A model generated the notes under the pieces. The model saw nothing but the letters and a program-made list of their open reading frames with translations, was not told where the DNA came from and searched no databases. This document shows, in pieces, positions 12,353 through 53,200 of a DNA stretch of 64,000 nt. The stretch's first letter is position 1; every line of letters starts with the position of its first letter. The DNA is from Amoebidium appalachense (lineage: Eukaryota > Protista > Ichthyosporea): positions 14,258,524-14,322,523 of the forward strand of contig CAVNZM010000004.1 of NCBI GenBank assembly GCA_963693365.1, given 5' to 3'. The translations under genes were made by a program, and so were the position numbers.

Positions 12353-12975
12353 TTATGGGTAAGCAGATGCTAGCATCGGTAGCTCCGAAAGAAAGTTAAG
12401 GCACCGGATCACAATATCATACTGTGCAGCATTAATAAGGTGATCTAGGATAGTCATCTTAAAACGGATATATTGAGGAAGAGAGGAAGAAAAGAGAATA
12501 AAACCGCCAATAACCTCCGGTTCTAATACATTAGCTAACAGGTTGCATTTATTGATAGATATGCAGCCGCGAGTAAACCGCCCCCCACACATATTACACA
12601 TACGAGCAGGAGACACCAGAAACCGATTACACCGCCAAGCCATAATCATCTTTGCGTTTTTACACCACACCACATTACGAATAAACGAATCTATGTATGA
12701 ACGAGACTCTCTAACCGTATCCGCCATATAGGCTACTAGTAGTTGGTGTTTTTGCGGTCCTAACACCGGAAGGGACTCAACACGTAGAGTAAAAAGATAT
12801 CTATCAGCCATAGACTTGAAACTATTCATATTCACACTATGATCTAGCCGTACCTCCGGGGGGGTCGCCAGCCATTCCACATAGTACATGGCGGGCCGCG
12901 GCATCAGCCAGGCGTGATATCTATTCCTTTGTGCACCAATTAATGACACGAATAGAATCTTCAATAGATCTTTGT
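12353..12975 (-). mobile_element. 5'-truncated non-LTR retrotransposon, ORF2 C-terminal remnant (second subfamily)
   Basis: 203-aa ORF aligning by eye with 10966-11544 (YYV...P..R.D.S; WR.N++.V; F.R.CI..KC; ILD...N...YD..IRC). Carries a CxxC knuckle (CNMC). Confidence 0.55.
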
Positions 12976-13092
12976 TACGTCTGCAGCTGCCTCACAGCCA
13001 ACACGGCGTGAACGACGCTGTATATATACGTACATGTACAAGCAGTCTCCGTGCGGGCCCGTGAGCTCAGCCATGCCTGTCCCTGCCCTCGA

Positions 13093-22110
<9,018 letters not shown>

Positions 22111-22437
22111 CCCGGCCTTACATGTACATGGTCCGGTAGAAAAGCGTGTGGAGGTGGATGGGTGTGGCGTGCTGGTCACCGTGGCTGGCCGGTGGCTGTA
22201 GACCGCGACATTGTGAGGAATGGGAGTGAATTCAAATGGAGTGGGGCTTATGTATGATTATTCGCGGGATTATCATAGTCACGTGATAACAGCGATTGAA
22301 TGATATCAGAATGGGCATGCAGGCTGATAGACTGAGATATTATATAAATAGGAGCTGCATCTCTGATAGTGCAGGCTCGGAATAAAAAGCTTCGTGCAGT
22401 TTCAATGTGGTCCCTGGGGGCGGGGCGGGGGGGGGAA

Positions 22438-22479
<42 letters not shown>

Positions 22480-22966
22480 GCATGGTGTATGTGTGTGTGT
22501 GTTTTGTGTGGGTGAGGGGGGGGAGGGGGGGGGGGGGGGGGATATGGGCGAAAGTACCATGTGTACATGGTTTATAGTATAAGAAACGTCGTTATTTGTA
22601 TATGTACCCTGTTGTGCGGCACTTATGGGCTGTTGGCCGTGGTGCCGGCAGTAGCCGGGCACCTCCTCATACATGTTGCACAGCTCACAAGCAAGTCGAT
22701 AATAAACAGCGCATAACGCCTCCTTAAGAATGATTGCGAGATCTGATTATGTCCGGGCACCAATGAACACACCAGTAAAACTAAACATGCTGTATTCAGT
22801 TATTCAGTTTCGTTTTGAATTCATACGGCCATCAGCTCAGATCTGCACACACAGTGTGCCGTAAACACGTCTTGTTTTCCATTCGTAAGGGATCTTCATA
22901 ACGGATCTCGGAGATCGTAATTGGTCAACCTAAATACATGACTAATATTAAACATCACAAAAGTAT

Positions 22967-24184
22967 TTACTCTGCAAAGTGGATGATGACCGCCGTGAGT
23001 ATTGCGCCAGCAAACATGCCCGGCACAGCCGCAAACGAGTTAAGGTTGAGGAGGCCCAGGCCACTTATGCCGTGGCCGCTGGTGCAGCCCCCGGCCATTC
23101 TAGCGCCAAAGACCATCAGCACACCGCCCACAAAGAACCGCCACGGGGCCACAAGATAGGGGTTGCTGAGGAAGCCGAGGGACTGCGAGGCCCCACTGCT
23201 TGCAAGGGACCCCAGCAGGCCGCAGCACACAAACACCAGCTGCCACAGGTTGCCATGGCCGCGCCTGTACTTGAACAGGTAGGCGCTCTTGCGGCCCAGT
23301 GCAGGGGGTATGAGGTTGGCCAGCACGGTCATGAAGCTGCTGCTGCCTCCTGCCGTGTCCCTCACAGCCAGCACTATGGCCACCTGCACAAACCCAAGCA
23401 GCAGACCGGCCACGGACGGCGGCCAGGCAAAGGTGGTGAAGAGGTTGCTGCCCTCGTAGGCGGGCACATACTCGAGCTCACTGCGCCACGGCACCACGAC
23501 CTCGAGGATGATAACCACCACAGTGATGGCCGTCGCCATGGCCAGGGCAAGCACGTGGAAGGGCCGGCCCAGCTTCTGGTGCAGGAAGGTCTGGTCGCCA
23601 AGCACGTAGCCGCGCGGCAGGATGTGTGCGGCCACAAAGGGCTCGACCAGCGCATAGGCGAGGCCGCCAGTCAGCCCGCCCAGCAGGGCCAGCCAGGCCC
23701 ACTGCACGTTGGCCCCCAGCTGCACAAACACGTTGCCCGGGCACGACCCGGCCACACTCATCCCCACGCCCAGTATGAACGCACCCAAAAAGGTCGGCGC
23801 AAGCCCACGCCGGCAGCACGTGTGGTACTCAGCCACGGCGGCATCAAAGTATGGGCGGGTGACAGGGAGGAGGGAAAGAATGGAGAGGGCCACCTGCGAG
23901 GAGGCCACGGCCATGAAGAACATTTTGAACATGATCCACTTCTGGAAGATCATCTGCTCGAAGATGTTGCCCGGCTCAAACACACGGCCCTTGTTGAGCG
24001 CCCAGCCAAAAATAAACCCGGCCACTATGACCAAGGGGTAAAGGGTGAAGGGTGAGGGAGGTGCCAGGTCACTGCTGGTTCGTGTGCATTGTGGTGACGA
24101 TCCATTCTCATCGTCGCTGGCTGAGTCCACAGGCACCCCTACCTCGGCCTCCTGAGCCTTGTTTTGGGGTTTATGGGACGCCAT
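22967..24184 (-). CDS. YeeE/YedE family (Sulf_transp) sulfur-compound/thiosulfate transporter, intronless
   Basis: 405-aa multi-TM ORF with GVGMSVAGSCPG and FGARMAGGCTSGHGISG, the two conserved Cys-containing YeeE/YedE motifs. Confidence 0.9.
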   Translation of the reverse strand: MASHKPQNKAQEAEVGVPVDSASDDENGSSPQCTRTSSDLAPPSPFTLYPLVIVAGFIFGWALNKGRVFEPGNIFEQMIFQKWIMFKMFFMAVASSQVALSILSLLPVTRPYFDAAVAEYHTCCRRGLAPTFLGAFILGVGMSVAGSCPGNVFVQLGANVQWAWLALLGGLTGGLAYALVEPFVAAHILPRGYVLGDQTFLHQKLGRPFHVLALAMATAITVVVIILEVVVPWRSELEYVPAYEGSNLFTTFAWPPSVAGLLLGFVQVAIVLAVRDTAGGSSSFMTVLANLIPPALGRKSAYLFKYRRGHGNLWQLVFVCCGLLGSLASSGASQSLGFLSNPYLVAPWRFFVGGVLMVFGARMAGGCTSGHGISGLGLLNLNSFAAVPGMFAGAILTAVIIHFAE

Positions 24185-25510
24185 GGTCGTGACTCTGACA
24201 ATGAATTTGACTTGTGCAGGTCTACCGTAGCTACTCGGAGCTACTCGGCTACGTGTATCCTACACTGAGTTCAACTCTGTTGGGTTGCACTGTATGATAG
24301 GAGTGAGCTTTATCAAGGAACTGGAAGTCCGTGGACGCTCACCTTTTATATACCTGATTGGATTGTGCGGGTTGTTAATTTGATTGGCCAGAATATAGTG
24401 ATTACACTGTTACGTTGGCAAACCATAAGGCCTGCGGTGGCTTACGTAAGCTTAAGAAAAGTAGGAAAAAATACATTAAACAACATCTCATTTTTTTCTT
24501 ATATGCACCTGTAACTATATTCTTCTCCTTTGGTATTTAGGTGTAGGGCATGGTGGTGTTTGTTCAGCCGTTGTTCATGATCCTGAAGGGTCAACCCAAA
24601 ATTACCTACAATATAATATCAATACAAACAGCCAATCAAATCATCATGTACAACTTCTTGCCATTCTGCATTCTTTCGTATAAACCACCCTTTGTGGTGT
24701 CGAAATAAAACTTCAAATTTTCAGTGCTATCGAAATCATTAGTCCATATATATTGCGCACTATAAGGTGCTGTTGTTTGACGTCTAAATCTGATTATGAT
24801 TTCTGATATTGAATATGATTTTTACAAAATTCCATGGATGATTGATTATCTTTATAATAATCTATACCTTACCATGGGCTTGAGACCGCTCGAGTACTCA
24901 GTGAAGACTCTAAGGAAAACGGAACGAACGAAATACCGTAGAACGCTTATAGAATCCCTCAGAACTGCGAGTCTGGGAGCACGACTTCTTCGCCGTGCCG
25001 ACGGCCGTGGCCGCGCCGGATTCGAACAACGGTTGGACTTGCAAAGGCTTTGTTGGCATTGTTTGAGCAGCCTGGAGAATGTATTTGTTTGCCGTTTTTC
25101 TTTATCTTGTGGTTGCATTTTGCTTCACGAGAGGCTAGGAACAGCAAGCACGCTGAGCAGCCCTTCAATACACCGCGTGGTGTGGCTCATGCATCCGGGA
25201 CGGGACTGTGGAATGCACACGGCCAGCAAATCGTGCCCTGCCACGACTCCGATCATTCGGAATCCGTGAAGTTGTGACGGACGGTCCATGGCGGATATGA
25301 CATGTGCACGTAGCCAGTATCAACGTGCGTGTACGACTACGGTGCGTGTGCGCACGTATGCGCGTGCGTGTGTGCTTCCATGCGTGACCGTGCACACGTG
25401 TGTGTGCGTGTGCGTTTGTTGTGGGCCACTGGGTGTGTGTGCGGTGCCACTGGACGGTGGTGGTCACCATGGTGTTTGTACATGTGTCACCAGGAGGGGA
25501 GGCGGAGGGG

Positions 25511-25541
<31 letters not shown>

Positions 25542-25543
<2 letters not shown>

Positions 25544-25670
25544 GAATGCGGAACACGGTACGAAGTACGCATACACGATGAGAAGCATGGTGCAGGACAC
25601 ATGCAAAGGCAAACATTCAAGCATGCAACATCATCCATGCGCACAGTATGCATCATAAGCAGAGCCCATC
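25542..25670 (-). repeat. 129-bp dispersed repeat, copy 1
   Basis: Its reverse complement aligns without gaps to 63627-63755. Confidence 0.85.
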
Positions 25671-25787
25671 CTCAGGGAGGGCCCAAGTCATCAATTGCGT
25701 CTGAGTTTCGACCCCTTAGCCCGCGTATATAGGGGGGGGGGGGGGGGAGAAGAGAGAGAAGGGCCCGGGGGAAGGGGGCCGGGGGGG

Positions 25788-25940
<153 letters not shown>

Positions 25941-26491
25941 GTGTGTCAAACCGGGAAAGTCGTGCTATACAAAACGGTGAACAAGAAGGGGGGGGGGGAT
26001 GGCCACTATCGGTGCATTCAATCGGGATCGATTAGCCCAACTAAATTTTAATGGAGAGATATTGCTATCATAACTTACTGGAATTTGACAGCATTTAGCA
26101 TTGTGGGAGAGACAGGTGCTACGTATACTCTTGCCCCTTATGCGTGCAGACACGAACATCTGCAATACCATCTATTGTATGCGAAATCCGATCTTCGCAA
26201 TAGGCGATATCGGATCGGATCTCGCCTATTGTATTGATTGGGGCTAAAGGTTCACCAAAAAAAAAAAGACATTACGGCACTGAAGAAACGAGAGAGATGC
26301 ATGTAATCTATGTACAGAGACAACACACGAGAAGAAATACTAGGCATGGGTGCATCCTTTACTTTCACCAATCCTGGGGTGCCAATCACCACCCTACTAC
26401 AAGTTTACTATTGTGGCATAACTATCCCTACGCTACATCTATGGAGCAAAAATGTTTAAAATGCATCCACATTCCACCCCATCCAATCAAC

Positions 26492-34609
<8,118 letters not shown>

Positions 34610-35959
34610 CTTGATGGTGGTAAAATTTCTAAGGTAGCACCCATACGCCAAGTGAGATTCCCGAGCTACCAGATGCCGTGTGCAAATATCATGGGTACGC
34701 AGTTGCCTACTCTATACTGGAGGTCACACGAGCGCGTTCTATTAGCACCAGGGCAAGAGTAGCTTGAGACACTACAATACCACACAGGTTTGCAGTTCAC
34801 ACCATAGGTCGTGTTCTGTTCGATCAGTCTGCCATCAAGAGACACTTTGAATAACACTGCTGTAAGAAAAGGCTTTTCACTTCAAGTTCTTTCAGGGCCG
34901 AACTTGGCAGTGCCAGCAACCTAAAACCGCCCTTTGGTTGCATCAACAACACATGGAACACAGTATACAAATACAACCGGATTGCCACTACACCTGCAAG
35001 TGTCCCCTTGGCCTTTAACAGTCCATAGTATAGTTTGTGCAGCCGTGGTCAGAGAGAAACGTTATTTTGTTCAACGTTGATGGCAAGTACGGTAAGCATG
35101 CGACAGCTGGCGCCATCGGCCAACATTTTTGAACACGAACTCATTGCCTATATATGGAGAAACACAGTCTGCGCTGATTGGCTGCTTAAATCGCAGTCGG
35201 CCCGAAAGGCGAACCCAGATCTATTATCAGGATCTTGTAGCTGCAGTATACCGAGGCATGTGGCTTGTCACAGCTTGCAGCACTGCTTTCTTTGTGACCA
35301 ATAGTTGAGGATTTTGAAACCAGAAAAACTCGATAATGCTTGGCTTTAATGGTTTGCTGTTCTGTTTCACGCCTGGACTTGTGTTTAGAATAGCCGGGAA
35401 GTCACCCTTGCGCCAATTGCAAGTAGTCAGGCGTGACCCGATTCGAAAACGGCCCGCTGTTACGGCTTTGTGATTTTTGGACGAGTGCCTGGAGCCTCTC
35501 TGCACAACGAAGTCGCTCGAAAACTCTGCTTTAGTGGTTTGGTCTGCCATATATTAATGCTTTTGTCTATTTTTTCTTCATTTTTGCTGCAACTGCCTAA
35601 GTATGGGGCCTAATATAATTCAAAACGCAAGTCCTCTTGAAGGCCTTGGGACCCGTTACAGTTATAAAACCAACACTCCATTGGAGCCACGCTGGCAACT
35701 ACTTTTTCGCCAAACAGATGCCGTGATACATAATGCTCTGTTAAAAAACTGGATTTATAAATCAAGTAATCCGCAGTCATAAGGCTTACAGCAATTTAAA
35801 TATATTTTAAGGTTAATATTTGTCGCCGATTTTTGCCCAGCCAAGTCACAACTGCCACGCAACGACATTCCGACCTTGGCAACAAAAAACTCACAAAATC
35901 AAACGTTCGCCTGACTCTTTACTTCACACAGAAACTTCTTGTAACTTGGTGTAAAGACG

Positions 35960-38349
<2,390 letters not shown>

Positions 38350-40755
38350 GCACCCACACACGAAATGCCTGCACACATAGACACATACACACACGAAATG
38401 CCTACCCCCACATGCGGGGCTGTGCCCTGCTCTTTGAATGTCCTGAATTAGATAATAAAGCACACCTGGCACCGTATTTTATAATATGCCATGTGACATG
38501 TTCAAGTATTGGTGGTTAAACCTTTGCCCCAGTGTCGTCTCTCTCTCTCCTCATTTCATTTATGTTCTCTGCACTGTGGTCGCATATGCTATGTGTATGT
38601 AGGGCTTGAGGTGGGTCACCTATTCAAGTCAAATGAAGACGGGCCAAAGCTGCACTTGGTAGTTAGGCATCCATAGCTACAAGGCATATCTTTGCTTGCA
38701 GCTGGATTCTGTTTGTGCTTGCGCACTGAAACTGCCACACAGTCGGCGCAGTTGCATGCATGCACTGCCACTGTTACAATCCGTGAGGTGGGTACTCACT
38801 GGGTTGAAAATTGCAAGTCTCGTTGCTTTCCAAGCTAGTTGTCAAGATGTAGGCCACTAACATACATGCATTGCCAGCCTGGAGCTCCGGGTGATTATGC
38901 AACCTCCCCAGTAGCATAAGCTCTCTTTCTTGCTGTCTTTGTACCACCTTCTTTTATATGGCTATCCTGTTGTGATACTTGTAGGGGCGGTGAGAGTGCG
39001 TCTATATAAAACGCTTTCAACACAGCGTGCACGTGCCCTCTTCAGTCAGTGAAAGTATTAGCCAAATGCAGATCTTTTGGCGCGAAAAGAAAAGGTTTTT
39101 AGAAACGACTAAAAAATAGGAATATACATTCCGTTTGTGTACATGTACTGCTCACCTGCCATGCAACGTCCCCCCCCCCCCCCCCTTTCCCCACCCCCAC
39201 ACCCGCCGACCCACCCACCCAAACACACACACACGAACGCATGCACGCGCACACACCACAAACACCATGTAAACCGGTACGGTCCCCGCTAGGCCTTCCC
39301 CCCCAGGTCTCTTACCACCATCATATGATATGTGCCCACATTCACTTCGAATTCTGAAACTCACTCTCGCACGTGCACTAAGGCCTTTACAACGAGTAGT
39401 GGCCCAAACTGAGATCCCCCCGCACCACCACCACCACCACCACTCCACTCGTCCTCATGATTAGAGAATTCCCATGCTATAGAGAATCCCCCCCCCCCCT
39501 TGAAGTTCCCTCGCGGGTCCCTCCCTCCTCCTGAGCATGGCCTTTAAATTTGGACACATTTCCGCCACAAGTACACAGTGTCACACACTCTTAGACCAAG
39601 CCCTGCACACACACCACAAGCCACAAAGCCTTGATCCACCACGCGCAGTGTATACACACACACGCACACACACACACGCACACACACCGTCACGGCGGCG
39701 GACCATAGAATACACATGTACACACCAAAATTACAGTTAAACCTCTTTTTCTTCTAACGCCCTGGCAAAGCCTTCTCTAAGGTTCGCACACAAGAAAAAA
39801 AGACTAAATACACCCTCACCCACGCACAAATTTCACAATTACACAGACGCAAAAAATTGTACGTCGCTCCCAGAGGCTGTGCGGACACGCACATGCAGCA
39901 AAGCCAGTAAAATGCGAACAATACATACACTGATTATGAGGGACGATTTGAGTGACGGGCAAACGTTGCATGCACGTGCGCGCAATCACGCAAGCTCACT
40001 GAGTAACAGCCTCGTAGATTCTGGCAAGGCTTCGGAAAACAACAAAATTGAACAACGGCGGCATAATACTACCCAGGCTCTTGTAGTAAGTTTCCCTTCC
40101 TTTAAAAAAGAAAGGGGAGATACGATTGCATAAATGTTTCACCTGCAAACATATACAAAGGAACATGAAACTGACATTGTAAATACTACGGTATTCATGG
40201 CATAAAATTGTACATGTTCCAGCATATTAAACCCATAATAGGTATCGATCTTCTTTTTCTTTCCACGTACTGAGCTGTCTGATCAGTTACAGCATCAAAA
40301 AGTCAACCGTTTCTGTTATTTTTTTTATATATCATGATAATAATATTCAGTAACGTGCCGCCCAAAGTACATAAGAAAAGTTGGGAGGGCCCGAGGTACC
40401 GCGGTGGATGGGTGGGTCGACGTCACTAGGAGCTGGGGGGGGGGGGGGGGGGGGACGGTAGGGGTTTCGGTCCGCGGCTACCATAACTTCTCCGGGAAGA
40501 TCAGTGGCCAACCGTGGGGCCCCCGCCCAGGACCTAGAAATAACAGAAACATTTTAGCTTGCATGAGCATGTACACTAAACCGAAAGTGTTTCTTTACTA
40601 AACGTGCACAATTTTAATACTTTTTGGTTTCAGGATCGTTGGTTTAAGGCCCTCAAACACGGCAAACACGGCACTGTTCGAAATGTTGAAGTTCAACGTG
40701 GGTCGGGGGCGATAGCAGTGGGGGGACTCGGGAGCCCGGGGGAAAGGGGGGGGAA

Positions 40756-40808
<53 letters not shown>

Positions 40809-41410
40809 GGGGAGATATTGCCAGTGCTGCACCCCCTGAATTGTACTGTGCAAATGTTAGTGGAGGGCAACTTGGTGCCACGTGTAGGATATGGTGCCAG
40901 CAGATCTAGTTGCTGTGAACCATGGCGATGGAACTTCGGAAGTCAGTCCAATGGCTCAACATTTTCTCGATGCATGCCTGACCTGTTTTGCAGCATCTGT
41001 ATAATATAAGCTCGTGCACATATGTATGTTCTCCCGACCATGCGGGGCAAACGTTTGGCCGCGTATATCTTGGGCGTAACCGTTGTTTCGACAAACTGCA
41101 GTCATTAGCTCGCCCAGTTGTAACAGGCCTGGCCAATTGACGTGGCCTGGTCGGGTTTTTGCCTCACCCATCTGATTAGCTGTAACGGCATCATCTACGT
41201 CATAAGGTGCGTAAACAACCAACCATAAATGGCTCATGATGAGCCAGGTTACGTCATGACCCATGACCCATGGCCAGGGCTGATGATGATCAGCAAACAC
41301 GGCTGAGTGCAGGACGTAGGCCTCAGGTCTGTACCAACTTTGTTTGTTGCTTAATGCTGTGCCTGGCACAGGCCTACTACTTTCAAACTTCTAGCCCCCC
41401 AGCAGGCACC

Positions 41411-48705
<7,295 letters not shown>

Positions 48706-49699
48706 TTGGCTGGCCAACTACCTGAGAACACATGTGATTGGTGCACCATGTCCCTCATGTTCCAACGCTGAACTGCACACATAGCCTCACATTTTGCACA
48801 AAGAACCCCTTGTTTCTACCAGCGGGGTTTTCCTCGTTTCTTGGTCCATTTTTCAGTCCCACAGGCATTGTCATACATCCCGTATGATCCCGGCCGTAGT
48901 TTGACATAGTGCCTACATAGCCCTGCTAGTGAAGATGCAAGGAGCATACCTCTTGACAATTGGCTGTTTCTCTGCCGGCTGGTTTTCTAGGTTGCCTGCA
49001 GTTGTGTGCAGTATCTATATTTAGAATGCATGGATGTTTGTATGCCCTTCTGATTCAATCAGTTTTGAGAGATGTAAAAACCTTTGACTGGCTAAGGGTT
49101 GTGACGCCTTGATATCCAATGTTTTGGATGGCCGAGTATGCCTGAGAATTGACGCGCAAGAGAATTCGAAATACGCTGTGTACATGTGGGTTCATGTGGG
49201 TTGATGATCTGGCAGATATGTACGTAGATGTGCTGCTATGTGGTAGACATTAGCATTTTGATGAACTTGCTGCTGTGTGGCCCTGGCAGGTGTGTATTTG
49301 TACGTACGCACGAAACACATTTGTACACATGCTTGTGGACCTTGAGTGGGCATGCCATATGTGCGCATGGGTTGTGTGGCCGATACTGCTGCAAGGGGCA
49401 TTGCAGCTGCGGGCCATCCGCATGCATATAGCCATATGTATAGCGCTAGCTATCCAACACCTATACCTACACGCATCTGGAATGCGTCAATGTGTGCCTT
49501 GCGCATGCCCCCCCCCCCCCCCCCCCCAAATGAACCAATGAACCATGCCTTTATTGCACACCGCCATCATGCCTTGCCGACCATGCTAGTGTACATCTAG
49601 CACGTGCAGCAATGGCTGCGGCACCTAAATGGAAGGAGGGCATGTGGCCAGCCTATGGACCCGTATGGGAACCAATCACATTTCACCTGGTCATTTTGT

Positions 49700-49881
49700 G
49701 CCGCTGCACTACGGAATTCTACAGAGTACTCCCCATGTGTGAAGCAGGTTGGTGAGAAGCAAAGCATATCCAGAAACCAATGCAGGGAGCCGCTGCACTA
49801 CGGAATTCTACAGAGTACTCCCCATGTGTGAAAGCAGGTTGGTGAGAAGCAAAGCATATCCAGAAACCAATGCAGGGAGCC
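49700..49881 (+). repeat. approximately 90-bp tandem duplication
   Basis: GCCGCTGCACTACGGAATTC...AATGCAGGGAGCC occurs twice in tandem. Confidence 0.9.
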
Positions 49882-50544
49882 AAGTCATGAAAAGCTCAGG
49901 TACAGACACTGCATGCTGCTTTATATACAGGTGATTTTATTGAAAAAAAATACACGCCTCGTTATAACTCCGGCTCGGCAGCGTTTCAATAATATAATTA
50001 GATCTTTCTAATTGGGTAAATAATGGCGGGACGTAATAATCACAAACATACAACTTAAGTTTTGCACCGAGCAAGCCCCTAACTCGAGGTATAATTATTG
50101 GAAAAGCCACACGAGGCAAGACGAACCCAGTCGTCCGGGTCGTCCTATGAACCCCCCAAGGGGGCGCTATTGCTATATTTAGTAATTGGGCCAGGAGATT
50201 GCCCCTAGTCCTACGTATACGCTGAAAAACATCCATATGGGATGTGCTATGCGTTTGCCATGGTCAAAATCTGTACACGGCCAACCAAATATGGTTCCGT
50301 TTGCAGGCTGCTGATTGGCCCGTGGCCGGTCTTGCATTCTTGCCGAAGGTGCTCTGGCCACGGCCCTCACTGCATGCACGTGCAAATGGGTCAGTCCAGT
50401 GCACCCACCTATGGGGTCCTTTCGAAACACACCATGTGCCAGACACACCACCAGACAACCAATCAAATCCACTACACACCCTGGAATGTGTGCCCTCACA
50501 CGGCCACATTTCCACTTCAACCTTCCAGTGGAATGGGCGTGGTG

Positions 50545-53106
50545 CTATGTGTTTGCTTGGGGCCGGGCACCCACCTTATCGTTTAGCCGTTTGTTGATAA
50601 GGCTCAGCCTCTGTCCAAGGGTGAAGGCAGGCGCAGACCCCACGTAGCCCTGTGTGTGTGTGTGTGTGTGTGTGTGTTTGTGTGTGCGAGTGTGAGTGAG
50701 TGAGTGAGTGAGTGTGTGAGTGTGTGAGTGTAAGTGTTTGAGTGTGAGAGTGTGTGTGTGTTCATGCGCACGTGTCAGAGGGGCTTGGGGGAAACAAGTG
50801 CTGGCCCAGCGAGCCTTGCATGGCCTCGTGTGTGGGGTAGTGGGGTGGCCAGCAGGAGGGAACAAGTGCCAGGGAGATGTGGCAGACTGCACGTGGGACA
50901 GCAACCCATACACGTGCAGATTCAAACCAAATACGCAGGAGAGCCAAAGGCAGCATGCAACACAAATAGTGCCCACCGTTCCGGCGGAAAGGGGGGGGGA
51001 GGGGGGGGGTTTACATTATTGACCTGTGGATGAACAGCACGAGGTTCCGTGGCAGTGCTGAAGGTGTTTTGGGCTGCCAACGGGTCACTGAACAGCTGGC
51101 CCAGGTAGATCTGTGTGTGTGTGTGTGTGTGTGTATGTGTGTGTGTGCGCGCGCGCGCGTGTGTGTGTGTGTGTGATTTTTTTGGGGGGGGGGGAGGGGG
51201 GCATGTGTGTGCATGTGAGTACCAGCAGTACCTTGATGCTGCATCTCACTGACCTGACCTGGCCGACAGGTGGTGGGTGGTGGGTGCCTGGGTGTGCATA
51301 CCTGCACATGCATGCATACACGTGGGGTAGGGCCTACCTGCTGGTGGCCGGCCTCGGTCTCGTCCGTCTTTGAGGCCACCCTCCTCTTCTTGCTGGGCCT
51401 GGGCAGTGGCCCAATCAGGGTGGGCCCTGTGGATGGCGGGTCTGGGATCCAGATCCCACCGAGGGGCTGTGTGTGTGTGTACGTGTGTGTGTGTGTACGT
51501 ATGTACGTATGTGTGTGTGTGTGTGTTGTGTCAGATGGAGGGAGGGGGACTTGAGCTGCCCGCTATGCCTGCAACCGAGAAGAAGCCTTTATCATACGCT
51601 CCCCCCCCCCCCCCCCCCCCCCTTTTTTTTTTTTAACACAACCACCCCACACAGCTTCAAATGCCGACAGGGGCAACCCCTCACCACCCGCCTCACACTC
51701 ATGGCCGCATACCCTGGTGCAGTACATAGACATGTGCCAGGCCACTCATACGCTCCAGAGGTGGTGAACGTCACTGGTGTGTGTGCGTTTTCTGGTTTGG
51801 GCACGTGTGCCGGTGTGCCTGTGGCAATGTGTGTGTGTGTGTGTGTGTGTTCACCCACCTGCTCGTCCTTTCTCACTGGTGTGCACGGCACGCCTGTTCT
51901 TTGCAGCTGTGGCCCTGTCCCATTCCCATTGGCTATCATCTTGCCGCCTTTTGCTGTTGATGGTGTGAGCTTGAGGTCGCTGGGGACTGGTGCCGGGGGG
52001 GTGACCTTTGTGGAGGGCACGGGGGTGGACCTTCCTAATAAGGCAGGTGCCGATGGTGTGGAGGTATCGAATATGGAGGGGGTGGTGGGCCGACTGTCCC
52101 CTTCGGACTTGACGGCACCCAGATGGTCCCTGTGGGCCACAGCACATGTGAGGGTGGGCACAAGAATGGGGGCTATGTGGGGTGGGCACAAGAATGGGGG
52201 CTATGTGGGGTGGGCACAAGAATGGGGGCTATGTGGGGTGGGCACAAGAATGGGGGCTATGTGGGGTGGGCACAAGAACGGGGGCTATGTGGGGTGGGCA
52301 CACGAATCACTTAGGCACACACAGATTATCACTTTGCAGACCATACGACCAGCAGGGGGGAGGAGGGGCAAAGGATAGAAACCCAAAAAAGTGGCATATA
52401 AAAGACACCGGGGGGGGGGGGGGGGGAGGGATAACACACGTATCATCTGCGTCGTTTTTCCTCTCGTGCCTCGCATGCTGCCCACTGCCCTCCTCCCCAT
52501 CCGAGGGCTCTGATTGGGCCTGTCTCGGTGGTGGCTCCGTGCCTTCTTCTGATTGGATCACCGCATCCTCTCCCACAAATGCAGTGGTGCCACCTGCCTC
52601 CTCCAATGGCATGACACCTTCCATATCGGGATAGCTGGCGTCCAATGGGGTGGCAGCAATGTCCTCAAAGTCCTCCCCACACCGCAGGTCGAAGATTGGT
52701 GGTGGTGGCAACTGATCTGATTGGCTGGTCTGGTCCCATGCAAGCATGGCATCCACACAGGCCACATCCATCTCCTCTGCCAACCCTGCGCTCTGATTGG
52801 CCATGCCCGTGTAATCCGATATTCTGATTGGCTGTGGCGGCTCAAACCCGTCCCTGCTGTCCTCGAGGTTAAGCACGAGGATATGCCCGTCGGGATCGAC
52901 CAATGGCATGCCGTCGTTAAAAGGGCCTGAAAGGAGATCGACCGGCGCGACGAAGGTGCCGTATGATTGGTCCATATCGATTGGCTCCCCTCTTTCTAAT
53001 TGGCTGTCTGGGCCATGTGCCGGGCGGGTCTCTGGTTGCTGGTTGGGTTGGGGCTGGGGACCTCCAAAGAGGGTGAAGGGCCGTGGAGCCTTGAAGCCTG
53101 GTGTTG

Positions 53107-53200
<94 letters not shown>

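Noticed and set aside
22979-24055. 358-aa plus-strand ORF
   Set aside because: Antisense shadow of the GC-rich YeeE/YedE gene with no recognisable motifs.
25010-25035. GTTCGAATCC on the minus strand as a tRNA T-loop
   Set aside because: Flanks do not form a T stem or cloverleaf.
35470-35510. ATTTTTGGA as an snRNA Sm site
   Set aside because: No recognisable U1, U2, U4, U5, U11 or U12 sequence around it.
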